This document shows, piece by piece, positions 1-22,543 of a DNA stretch of 64,000 nucleotides. Source of the stretch: Ostrea edulis (lineage: Eukaryota); contig NC_079167.1 in assembly GCF_947568905.1 (NCBI RefSeq), positions 59,458,001 to 59,522,000 on the forward strand, given 5' to 3'. Position numbers and translations under genes: made by a program. Under the pieces are notes generated by a model, which was not told the DNA's origin, made no database searches, and was given only the letters and a program-made list of their open reading frames with translations. Position 1 is the stretch's first letter, and each line of letters opens with the position of its first letter.

Positions 1-1238
1 TAGAGGTTAGAAAAAGGAATCCCCTATATCACTAGAGAATTCTCTTTCCTCTTTTTGATTTTGGTCTACTCTCTGTTTTAACTTTCCTTTTTCTTTAAAA
101 CATATACAGGCTGACAAAGATTTGTATGTATTGAAAGTGTTGTGGTATTCCAGTAATTTTTGAATGGGAATTAGAGGGGTGGTATCTTGTGTCCCAAACT
201 TTCCTAATTAAACTGTCTTTGTGTAGAATTTAAAATGATATTTATGTGTGACATCAGTAACTATATATAGAATCTTTAGAAATGACAACAAATGGTTAAA
301 CCATAGAAATGATGGGAATTTTTTTTAAAATTCCCATGTAGAGGAAGGAAAGTGTTTTATATACATGTATAATTTTTGTTTGCTTTTACTAATATTAATC
401 ATAAGATATACAGCTTGCTGCAGTAATTATTATTGCATATTTGTGCATTTTTTTTGGTTTGTTCCAAGTTCTGGTCACAGCATTCACACTATTTATAAAT
501 TTTTCATGGTCAGGTGACATATACTTTCGCTCAGTCAATCTTGTTAATAGTGCCGTGTTTTCATTGTAAAATTTGTGATGGCATGCTAATATTCAGTTTT
601 AGACTTTTCAACTTGCAGTTTAAATGAATTTATTATTTTCCTGCAATATATTTTGATTCTTTATCTTGTGATCAATTGAATGTACTGAACATTAATTTTT
701 TCCAACGAATGAAAAAAATCAATTTTAATGCCATAGGCATTATGAAAAAAATTGCATATCATGGCCATAAAGTTTATTATATCAAACATAAGTACCAAAC
801 AAAAAAGTTAAAGGTCTTAGAACTCAGATGCATGGATGGTAAATATGCTTAACTACACCTGATGAAGAAAATGTTGTGATATAACTGTTAGAATGTACAG
901 GTATTTGTAAAATATTCCTTTCTTTTTTCACTGAAATATGTTAATTTTGAAAATTTCAGAAAGCAAAGACATCAGATCTAAATTGTGTTTACCGACTAAA
1001 CAGATATTATGAATGCAAGTCTGTAATTTCATAGATGCACTTCTGTTTTGGTTCATTTTTTCCTTTTCGTCTTTTTTGATTCAATATTGGTTCATTTTAT
1101 AGAATTTATCTTAATTGATTTTTATCAAACAGCACATTCAAAACAAATTCAATTGCCATAAAATTGTAGAGCTAGCAATTCATGTGTAATTTAGTAGAGT
1201 GCATAATTTTGTGCATTTTCTTTTTAAAATATTTTCAG

Positions 1239-1388
1239 CTACGCAACCAGGCAGAGACAGAACTTCGAGCACTGCGCGCAGAACTGACTCAGCAGAAAAT
1301 CCAGTTGACCTTGACCCGAAACCAGCAGCTGGCTAAAATGACACCCACCACGCATGATTCACGCCTCATGACCTCATCCTATTCGTAG
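1239..1388 (+). CDS. Terminal coding exon of a coiled-coil protein whose upstream exons lie outside the window; possibly SPATA1-like C-terminus
   Basis: Acceptor ttttcag at 1232-1238, then 49 codons LRNQAETELRALRAELTQQKIQLTLTRNQQLAKMTPTTHDSRLMTSSYS and TAG. Heptad-like pattern, AT-rich 3' UTR, AATAAA at 2503-2508. The SPATA1 resemblance is from memory only. Confidence 0.6.
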   Translation, partial: LRNQAETELRALRAELTQQKIQLTLTRNQQLAKMTPTTHDSRLMTSSYS

Positions 1389-2964
1389 CAATTTGCTGTC
1401 GGCATAGATTGTATTTCATATTGATATTATTGGTTAAAAAAATGTTCAGCTTTACAAGTAGAGAGTATATTTTGTATGATAGTGAAGTTTAATTTCATGC
1501 CATCATTGTAATGAAGGTTATATACAAGACGAAATAGGAACTAAATTAAACTAAACTATCCAAATATATAATGTGATCCAACTTATTGTAATGATTGGGT
1601 CAAATGTTAAAGGTGGATAATTAAAATAGATTTTTAGTTAATTGAAAGCTTTTGTTTTTTTAAATCGTGATTCTATTTAAAAGACTCGTTCATTTTTCCC
1701 CCCTGTTTTTGCCTTTCCAATTATTAGGCTTAAATATGCATCAGCTTTGGGTGTTGAGCCCTTATTAAAACTGAAGAATACTTTGGAATACATTTTGCAA
1801 TCTTCCTATCAATCGTCTCTTTAAAATTCCAAAGTACAATTGATGAAAGGGAAGTTAAGAAGTATTTAAAGATATGCACAACATTTGTGATCAAAAAGAT
1901 AACTGTTTCTAAATTGTGTTAATGAGCATGGGTAATCGAATCAGTCGTTAATTATACTCGTAATGAGCTGTGTTACGATTTGTTAAATATTTTTTCAGTG
2001 TCTGATCTATATGCATGTAAAGTTTGTTGATCTGTGATATTTCATCAGTTACTTTGATTCATTTCTGATTTTAATCCTGCATGTTTTGAAAGATTGTGAT
2101 GTTATTTTTGTGTTTCTCTCAATAATCAAGATGTTTTTCTATACATATATTTATAACCACTGCATACTACAAGACTCCTTTTCATTCTACATTCAAACCT
2201 TAGTTCATTTTAATACGTGTACAAAGTATTATAAATTATTAAATGTGATTTTTAAGGATATTTGTAGCAAAACTGTTATTAATAATGATCAGGAACACAC
2301 ATAAATTATAAAACTCACATAGATTATTTCTTTATATGCTTTGTTTGTATTTATATACATGTACTGAAAGCTTTTTTCTTGTATACAATGTATCAGTATT
2401 TTCTCAAACTGTCTCTTATCAAGATGATTTATTTTATTCCATCCCTATCTATATTTATGATTTGAATGACAGTATGTGGAACACAAACCCTAAAGTCTTT
2501 TGAATAAATCTTTTACGGATTAAAATTTTGTGCTTCATTTTTATCCCTTTACAGCAGATTTGCAGGTACAGTCTACTCCACTTATTTTGAAGTTGGTGTT
2601 TATTGAACTATCTGTTAGAGTGAAGTGAAAATGAATCCTCAATAACATTATATTATATAGTTTAACATTGGTTATATTGAACAATATACGTTGTTCCCAG
2701 GATTTTTAAAAGTATATCCAGAAGTAGACTGTGATATAGAAATTGTGTTGATTTGGGTATGTGCATCTGTGACAATATTGTGAATATCATATTAAAAAAC
2801 ACCATTCCCAAACATCAGTCAAGTGATGTTTGCCACAAAGATGGTAGCTGGGACTTCAATTCTGAGTAATTCAATTAAAGTATATCATTACAATGATGCA
2901 GTATACACTATCAAGGTCTTGACTACAGATACTGAAAAATAGATGTTTTCAAGAAAATGAGAAC

Positions 2965-3903
2965 TATGGAGCGCCATATTAACATAAACTCAAATAATTG
3001 AAGATGTCTTCAATTATTTGTAGATATCATCAATTCAATTATTGCTTTCTTTAATTGAATTAATGCGCGCATTAAATCAATTATTGCTCTCATCAAATGA
3101 ATTAATGTGTGCCTCAATTCAATTATTGCTCTCATCAATTGAATTAATGAGAGCAATAATTGATTGTGCGCATTAATTCAATTATTGCTCTCTTCAATTC
3201 AATTGATGAGAGCATCAATTTCGTAGAAATATTGCTCGCAATAATTAATTTAGAGAACGGTATAAATAATTTGATGATCTCTTTAATTGAATTGAAGATG
3301 TCTTTAATTATTTACAATGCTTTTGTATAAGGAGTTAATGCTCGCATCAATTCTTTTAAAGAGAGCAACAATTCAATTAAAGAGATCATTAATTCAATTG
3401 TGGATATGTTGAAGATATCTTTAATTATAAAGTTGCTCTCTCTAAAAGAATTATTGCTCTTTTCAAATGAATTTAAGATATCATTAATTAAATTGCAGAG
3501 AGCAATAATTGAATTAATGCGCGCATTAAATCAATTATTGCTCTCATCAAATGAATTAATGTGCGCATCAATTCAATTATTGCTCTCATCAATTGATTTA
3601 ATGCGTGCATTATGTCAATTGCTCTCTTCAATTGAATTGTAGCGCGCATCAATTCAATTGTTGATATCATTAATTCATTTGAAGAGTTCATTAATTCAAT
3701 TAAAGCGCTCAGCAATTCAGCTGAAGAATTAATGCTATCATCAATTCAATTAATGCGCGTAATAATTCAGAATTGAAGATATCATTAATTATTTGAAGAG
3801 ATCTTTAATTAAATTGTTGTGCGCATCAAATGAATTTATGATATCTTCAAATTATTGCAGATATCTTCAATTATTTGAGTTTATGTTAATTTGGTGCTCC
3901 ATA
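2965..3903. mobile_element. Non-autonomous TIR element (MITE), IS3EU-like, copy 1
   Basis: Termini TATGGAGCGCCATATTAACATAAAC...GTTTATGTTAATTTGGTGCTCCATA, with 6-bp direct repeat GAGAAC at 2959-2964 and 3904-3909. Interior is built of short repeats (aattcaattattgctctc, taatgcgcgcat) in both orientations. TAY..RTA ends with a 6-bp TSD match the IS3EU description. A truncated left end of another copy starts at 3962. Confidence 0.8.
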
Positions 3904-4224
3904 GAGAACTAGATGTGTTGTAGAAAGTGAGATCTAGATTTGTTTAGGATTATGAGAAATATATGGAGCGCCAAATTAACATAAACTCAAATAATTGAAG
4001 ATATTTTCAATTCTTAATAGCACTGCTTTTGGTATAATGGGTAGTGGTGGGGAAAGTTTTCATTTCTTTAAATGAATTGTATATTTAGTTTCTCCATTAT
4101 TACTTCAGAAAACTTTGGACTTCAACCTGTAATGTAAAGCTTGTTGAATTCCCTTTGGGATTATGTTCAAAGGGTGTGGCATCTCAGTTTCTCAGCAACA
4201 ACTTGAGAAGCTAGGGATTGGACA

Positions 4225-4290
4225 ATTCTCTTTAGAGAAGTGGACAGGCATAGCCTACATCCTATGCCTGTCCATTTCTCTAAAGAGAAT
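4225..4290. repeat. Near-perfect inverted repeat (29-bp arms, 8-nt loop)
   Basis: attctctttagagaagtggacaggcatag-cctacatc-ctatgcctgtccatttctctaaagagaat, with a single G/T mismatch. Confidence 0.9.
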
Positions 4291-6692
4291 AGGTTATGGA
4301 CTTCAATGTTCATTCTTACACAATGAGCTGATCTTGTGAAAAGCTTGTCCAATTTCTATGGGGTCAATAAGCATGGTCTCTTGTAAAAACAATATTGATA
4401 ATGGCTTTCTTCAGTGTAATGACTTGTTTCCCATGTAATGAATGATGCATTCTTATTCCTAGCAAATCGGGGGCAAATTACCATACCACTCCCAAAAACA
4501 AGTATGAAGAATATGTCACAATGCATTTTTCTATATACAGTGTATATGCAAATAGTTTAATACTTTCAAAGTGTTTCCTTATATCAGTACGTTGTTGCAT
4601 AGCATCTGCAATGATGAAAATAATTTCATTATACTCATGGGTTATAGGAAACAAGGATATAAGTAAAACTGATGGATGCTTCCCAAACTGCATCTAACCA
4701 ATGAACTACTTCATGTGATGAATGACTCGCATAATGATCAACAACTGTTGAAATATTGAAATGAAAGGTGTGTTTTTTTTCATACATATGGTGTATGTTC
4801 TGAGCAACCTTGACCTTTACAAAATGACCTGGAGTGACATGTCTGAAAGCCATTTACCTATTACTTATTCATTAAATATGATCAAAAACTGTTGAAATAA
4901 GAAACATTCTCCTTATAAAAGGTACAGGTATATGTTCTACAGTGACCATTGTCATTTAGTCTAAAAAGTCCCTGTCCCAAGGAATATTTGTGATCAATCG
5001 TGATCAATATCTGATGAAAAGTTTAGGAGGTATGAGCTCGGACAGATAAATCCACAAGAGAGGTTAAACATGATCAGGAACACTATTGTATGTTTAATAA
5101 TGGCATTATCTCGCTATCCAGTTTACTTCTCTGTGCAGCTGACCGTACAGTAACAATAAATAAACCACAAGATCGGTGAAAAGAGTGGGCTTCAAGAGGA
5201 ACAACTCTTCACCAGTACATCACAGTATTATCTGACAAAAATATACAGATGGTTAAAAAATGGATTACTGTTACACACTAAAGAGCTGCAAGGTGAAAAC
5301 ACTTAGTGTATTAAACTATGAACATTATCCTTGGATTTATTTTAGAGAAACAACCTGTGTGTGATTAATATACCTCTTTGTTGTTTGATATAGTAGCTCT
5401 ATTACACTGTAAAAATCTAAATTGAGCATGTAATTAAAATTATAACACACAATGGGTTTTCAGTGATTTAGCTTGTTAGGTCTCCCCTTCCCAGAAGGGG
5501 GACATTGTTTTGGTGTGAATTCTTTTCCGCTTCTCATACAAAGTTTGTCCAGGCCATATCTTTTTTGGTCTTTTGCCATAGATCTTTGATATTTGGTAAA
5601 TGGGTGTCACGTATCATTTTTGATGACCCTTGACCTTTTGTAACGGTCAAATACCAGAATTTTTTGGGCACTTTTTTTTGTTCGGACTATAACTTTTTTG
5701 TCTTTTGACATAGGCCTTTGATATTTGGATTTGGTATACCATGAGAAGACAGTGTGTCACGTGCCATTTTTGATGACCTTGACCTTTTATATAAAGGTCA
5801 ATAATAAATTTTGGGGGCTTTTTATTTTGTTAAAAAAAATATGAAAAATGAAAGGGGAGACTGTGCTAAAAGAATTCTTCCTGGTTTTTGATTTAGCGCT
5901 TTTCCATCTTATATACAATGTATAAAGTCCAAAACTAAAATATGGCCATGTACTCAGTTCAGCAGAAGCTCCCTTTCACCAAAGGTACAAGAAAGAATAT
6001 ACAGCCAAATGTAATATGCTTATATTTCTGATAATTATAAAGACTAACATTGATTTTAAACATTTATTACATTCAAGTACAATACATACTGCTGGAGATA
6101 AACCAGAGTGTCTTGCATAACAAAGATCTTTTTCTTGTAATTTAAGGAACACATAATTTTTCTTGTTAGTTTGAAATAAAATGAAATTAAGATACATTTC
6201 AGGGAGGGGGGAGGATCGCCTGCTATTATTAAGTAAAACTTCATTTATCTTTATAACATTTCTTTGTGATTTTGTAAATAAACATTCTTGATACAGATAC
6301 TCAATGAAAAACATTCAAACACTTAATACACATGCATTCAATTAGAAAAATGTACATTTCTACTCAGTCAAGTTTTTTTAAAAAGTGAATACAAAACAAC
6401 ATGAACATAATGTGATCCATTAAGTCTCCTGTACAAACAAGTATACATTCTGTTTACAACAGTCTGAACACACTGCGGGCCCCATGTTTCATGACTTCTT
6501 GAAGAAGCTTCTGTGTGCTTTTAAAAGTACCCAACCATTCAAAACTGAAAATAAGTATGTCCATACTGTCTGTCATGTATGATCGATAATCAATCCACAC
6601 TGATGAGTGACCGATGATCAACAACACCTATAAAACGCATCTGCTGCCTTTAAATCTGACGTGTCTCAGATGTCTCTAGATATCACTGTTTG

Positions 6693-17166
<10,474 letters not shown>

Positions 17167-17737
17167 TTTTCAATCTTTCAGTTTTATTTTTCAGCTTTGT
17201 TAAGATACACTAATTCTATCTCCTCGCACAGAAGAATGACACTCATTCTAATACTCGAATATCATGGAATTACATCCCGGTATTTTATGGGGGAATCTGA
17301 CTAAAGTACAAGCCTATATTATTATATCTTTAGTCAGATTGGGGTTCCACTCTATGCATTTTTTTCCAGGAGGTCTAATGTATCCTCAGGACGTATTTTA
17401 CAATCACATGCATATAGTATGTTGACGGTGTTACCCTTATTAACCTGAGGGCGCGGCGAGCGCAATCTTTTCCCCATCCTCACAGTTTAGTGATTACATA
17501 CTCTCAAGAGGGCACATGATGTCCTTTCCCAGAGTTTAGGTGAGGGGGGAGGGGGTCACCATATTTCATCACAATTTTCCCAATCTATTCTCGGGATTTT
17601 TCAACTGGAAGTGAATATTGATTTGTTTAATATTTATTTCTAACAAGCTCAGGGGATGGAGGTAGGACCACCCACCCCCTTCCCCAGTCTATATATGCGC
17701 CTCCTAACATAACTTCTACCAATAATGTAACGATGTT

Positions 17738-19189
17738 CAGGGGCGTAGCCAGGGTACTTTTTGTGTGGACGCCCGAGTAGGCACTCGGGAGGTTTGGGTG
17801 CCGCCTTAAGGCCCCCAATAGGGTCCAAGGCAAAGCCCTGGTGGGGGCCCAGGGGGTGAAGCCCCCGGAAGCTGGTAAATTTTACACGATTTCGATGTGT
17901 ATATTCGACCCTCCTGAACGCATTTTTCGTACACTTTATAAAATTTGCTACGCAGCCGTATTCAAGGTCTGTTCTGTTTTCGTATGAAATGCGGACTAAC
18001 ACTTGTAAAATCTCAAAATTGAGAAAGGGTCTGTCAAATAGCGTTGTATGACGAACTCACTACAAAATACGTATGGTATTGATCCGGTTTAAAACAGTCA
18101 GATAGAGTGGTTAACTGGTTTAGACAGACCAAGTAATTGACTGATCTCTCTCTCTCTTTCCTTTTTTGTTTTTTGGCAAACATGATGTGGACGTTTGTGC
18201 GTACAAACGTACGCCTGTATGGAGCGCCAAATTAACATAAACATTAACATAAAGATATCATCAATTCAATTATTGCTCTCTTTAATTGAATTAATGCGCG
18301 CATTAAATCAATTATTGCTCTCATCAAATTAATTAATGCGCGCTTCAATTCAATTACTGCTCTCATCAATTGAATTAATGCGCGCATCAATTGAATTGAA
18401 GAGAGCAATAATTGAATTAATGCGCGCATCAAATCTATTATTGCTCTCTTCAATTCAATTGATGCGCGCATTAATTGAATTAATGAGAGCAATAATAGAT
18501 TTGATGCGCGCATTAATTCAATTATTGCTCTCTTCAATTCAATTGATGAGAATATCAATTTCGTAGTATTATTGCTCGCAATAATAATTAATTTAGAGCT
18601 CGGTGTAAATAATTTGATGATCTCTTTAATTCAATTGAAGATATCTTTAAATCATTTACAATGCTTTTGTATAAGGAATTAATGCGCGCATCAATTCTTT
18701 TAGAGAGAGCAACAATTCAATTCAGGATATCATTAATTCAATTGTGGATATGTTGAATTGAAGATATCTTTAATTTTATAGTTGCGCTCTCTAAAAGAAT
18801 TATTGCTCTCTTCAAATGAATTAAAGATATCATTAATTCAATTGAAGAGAGCAATAATTGAATTAATGTACGCATTATATCAATTATTGCTCTCTTCAAT
18901 TGAATTGTAGCGCGCATCAATTCAACTGTTGATATCATTAATTCATTTGAAGAGATCATTAATTCAATTAAAGCGCGCATCAATTCAGCTGAAGAATTAA
19001 TGCTATCATCAATTCAATTAATGCGCGCAATAATTCAGAATTGAAGATATCATTAATTATTTGAAGAGATCTTTAATTCAATTGTTGCGTGCATCAAATG
19101 AATTGATGATATCTTCAAATAATTGAAGATATCTTCAATTATTTGAGTTTATGTTAATTTGGCGCTCCATACGCCTGGCTACGCCCCTG
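17738..19189. mobile_element. CAGGGGCGTAGCCAGG-type TIR element with 5-bp TSD, hosting a nested IS3EU-like MITE
   Basis: TIRs CAGGGGCGTAGCCAGG...CCTGGCTACGCCCCTG, flanked by ATGTT at 17733-17737 and 19190-19194. It lies ~570 bp upstream of the HDAC3 ATG. Confidence 0.75.
18218..19171. mobile_element. IS3EU-like MITE, copy 2
   Basis: Perfect 25-bp TIR TATGGAGCGCCAAATTAACATAAAC and 6-bp TSD CGCCTG at 18212-18217 and 19172-19177. Interior has the same repeats as 2965-3903. Confidence 0.85.
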
Positions 19190-20324
19190 ATGTTTATATA
19201 TATGTGGGAGAAAACAGTAAATTGAAAAGCCCTGTGCAGAACGTAATGAAGACTTAGAATATAAGAAATTATTCATAAAATCATGGTGACGATACCCTTA
19301 TGTAATAATCCTCGTGTACCATTATTGATGTATTCTTCATACAGCAAATTAGAAAAATGTCTTATTGTACATAATCCTAATCTTTCACCCACTAATTAAA
19401 TATTTTAAGATATCAAAGTAGATTCAAGCTTGCTGTATGTTACACCCCTCTCTTCCCTCACACTCCCTCCTTTTTTTTCGGTTAACGGTACATTCAAAAT
19501 CTGACCATGATCATTTGATGTAATGCTTACATCTTTTCATATTTCTCTGTCATGGTAAGTAAACAATCGTAACTACTATCGACCATTTGTTTGTGTGTGT
19601 GTGTGTGTGTGTGGTGGTGGTATTTTTTTAAAAGCCTTTTCGTGGAAAATTAATCCTAAAACAAAATGGGAGGGGGTGTCACCAGATTCCACCAATCGTA
19701 ACTAAACGGCCATTTCTGCGAGCGAAAAATGACCGAAACTTGACGTGAGTGATTGCTATTTTTAAATGCGGACTCAATGTTTGTGTTTTCTGTTGCACAA
19801 ACAAACTTTAAATTTAGATCCGCCACTGATTCGGTTGTACTTTGACATCAAAACATAGACCTCAATGTCATATATCTATCCATATTCCATAATCACCTGC
19901 ATATGGTGTTTACTAGTATGTCTCTCAAGTTCTCAACTGATTCAATACGCGAGAGCATCTTCTACGTATCTTAAAATTAAATCGAGAAAAGTTACCGACA
20001 AATAGACCCCCTACGTTGATGTTAGAAGGGTTTCAACAGTTTTGTTTGAAGTCAGTCTTTCGCAAACTTCCATGGTTGTTATGATAATCTTTTTTCAAAT
20101 ACGGCCTGTCGTTGGGTCGAGTGCTACCTGGTGTGTTTCATGCAGGTTTTCAGGCCCTTCTTTACACACTGATTTTGACTGTAGATTACTCCGTTTACAT
20201 GATCAAGATATAGTGTTCTCCTACTAGACACCTGACTCCACCTCTGGTGTGTCCAGGGATCCGCATTTGCCCTACTCTTAATTTTGTTTTCTTTAAGGGA
20301 TTTATGAGATTGATCAATCATATG

Positions 20325-20550
20325 GAGACGCATCGAGTGCCACCGACCGTGGGTTTCCGACGATGATGGAGACGTCACCGTTGCCGATGAAAGGCTGCAA
20401 AATGTAGGCCTATGGTCAGTGCATGCGGCCTTTGAGCAGGGAGGGGTCTTCTTCGTGCCACACCTGCTGTGACACGGGACTTCGGTTTTTGGAGGTCTCA
20501 TCCGAAGGACCCACCCCATTTCGGAAAATGACAAAGCCGGGAATCCACGG
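20325..20550 (-). mobile_element. SINE fragment, same family as 21405-21675 in the opposite orientation
   Basis: Shares gagacgtcacc..tgccg.tgaa.ggctgcaaaat.taggcctat, gagcagggaggg and gtgccacacctgctgtgacacggg...ggtctcatccgaaggacc with the reverse complement of 21405-21675. Confidence 0.7.
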
Positions 20551-20993
20551 ACGCTTGCATCATGTATTATTCTTCATGATAAAGTTAAGTTATAATGATT
20601 TTTTAATATATGTATATGCGTTAGTATGAATTATATGAACCGGTGGATTCTGATGATGACTTCCCGCCCAGTCCAGCTGTCTATAATTTCTACTTTCCTT
20701 GTTCATATTTACAAAATGCTGACTTCCTTCTGACATTATTTTCCGTTCCGTTTCGTTTTCCATTCCGCATTTTAGCAAAACCTCAAAAATTATTGGATGT
20801 AATGCGTATATAGACTTGAATTGTCGTAAAATGGAGTGTATCAGACTGTTTTAACACTTGCATTCAAATGGTAAATCAGACCTAGTTTCTTCTTCTATAT
20901 AGGACTGCTAAAGATAGGCCAACATCAGAAAATCACGCATTATAGTAAAACAGAATAAAAATAGATAAAATCTTTTTAAAATAACGAATTAAA

Positions 20994-21051
<58 letters not shown>

Positions 21052-21404
21052 GTGTGTGTGTGTGTGTGTACAAATTGATTGTGGATATTAGAGAAAACAT
21101 ATAGCGGAATAAATACCAGCATAGGAGTTATTGCCCTCGACAACAGCTTTTTTAAAATCATAAATGAGAAATGATCGATTATCTATGGAAAATATACACT
21201 TCCCAGCAGGCAAAGTTAGTTGGATTGACGTTGTATTGACGACGATTTCTGACGTTGGATTTACGTTGGATTGTTGTTGAAAATGAAAGTTTTTTAGACG
21301 TCTTTTTCTGACGTCTACACAATGTCAGATTTCAACGTCTACACAACGTCAGATTTCAACGTCTACACAACGTCATATTTCACCGTCACACAGACGTTCA
21401 TAAT

Positions 21405-21675
21405 CCCATGGGGATCCGGGTTATAATAGGTCTTCAATACCCCTTGCTTGTCGTAAGAGGTGACTAAACGGGACGGTCCTTTGGATGAGACCGCAAAAAC
21501 CGAGGCCCTAGCTGTGTCAAACTAGTTGTGGCATGATAAAGATCCATCCCTGCTTAAAGGCCATATAAGAGCCGAGCATAGGCCTAAATTTTGCAACCCT
21601 TCACCGGCAATGATGACGTCTCCATATGAGTAAAAAATTCTTGAGCAAGACATTAACAATATACAATCAATCAAT
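21405..21675 (+). mobile_element. SINE (central region resembling the Deu/Nin-type domain) with (CAAT)n tail
   Basis: aaaaccgaggccc...gtggcatgataaagatcc core and 3' tail tacaatcaatcaatc. A second copy lies at 20325-20550. The domain name is from recollection only. Confidence 0.65.
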
Positions 21676-21815
21676 CGACATCAAACTGACACCATTTTTG
21701 CAACATCAATAAGTTGAAATGTAATCATTTGAACAAGAGAACTCTTATTCTTGTCATTTTCCTTCTTTATTCATTGTTCATGAAATAATATTCAGTCAGT
21801 AACACTATCAAATAT

Positions 21816-22089
21816 CAGGGCGTCAAGTGAATTTTGGTCCAAAAAATATAGGACAAACCTCAGAAATATAGCACCTTTTTGAAGTAAATGTTGTATAGTT
21901 ACAAATAGATGACACAAATTGTTTGTAATATACAGTACTGGTTTTGCTTCAGAATCCAACATTTTTCGCTTACCCTAAAATATAGGAATCTATAGGAATT
22001 TCACAGAAATATAGGAATTTTTGTGGAAATATAGGAATTTATAGGAATAACCCCCAAATATAGGAACTTAAAGGAAACTTGACGCCCTG
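21816..22089. mobile_element. Small hAT-like MITE with 6-bp TSD
   Basis: TIR CAGGGCGTCAAG...CTTGACGCCCTG, with AAATAT at 21810-21815 and 22090-22095. Internal ataggaa repeats. Confidence 0.75.
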
Positions 22090-22124
22090 AAATATAAATC
22101 AAAGTTATCATTTGATTCCATTAA

Positions 22125-22543
22125 TTATTTTTCGACCCGGCCACCTCCACCTCTCCGGTCTGATGCATATTTAAGGTACTTCGCAACAGCCTCTTGGACT
22201 TCGTGTTCCGTCGCATTAAATTGATGAACTGCACTTGCTACAAAAATAAAGAAGTATTTATTAAAAATCATCTTTTACAATATCTAGTGGTAACAAGTTA
22301 GAAATTTAAAAATTCAAAATTTATTATCAAGGTTAAAGTTTCAGACAGAAAGACAAGTGAAAAACAAATTCATACCCCCTACTTTAGTTGCAGGAACATA
22401 AAATTTTTAATGACATTAAATTTAATGAAACTGACATAGATAAACATACCTATCACTGCCTGAAACACTGATGTCGTGCCAAATGCCATCTTCCCTCTTT
22501 GCCCTTTATATTCATAAGGGACATTACATCATTTGTCATTATC
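22125..22543 (-). pseudogene. Two relic 3' exons of a DUF4806-like transposon accessory gene
   Basis: Exon 22543-22450 (ttttcag...gtatgt) encodes IMTNDVMSLMNIKGK/RGKMAFGTTSVFQAVI with one 1-nt frameshift. Exon 22237-22125 (ttgtag acceptor) encodes ASAVHQFNATEHEVQEAVAKYLKYASDRRGGGGRVEK-stop. The phase-1 junction is consistent. The family call is from remembered motif pattern. Confidence 0.6.

Noticed and set aside
3400-3715. Leu/Ile/Met/Gln-rich ORFs (also 18244-18983) resembling leucine-rich or coiled-coil proteins
   Set aside because: They lie wholly inside the IS3EU-like MITEs and arise from the internal short repeats. There are no splice sites or family motifs.
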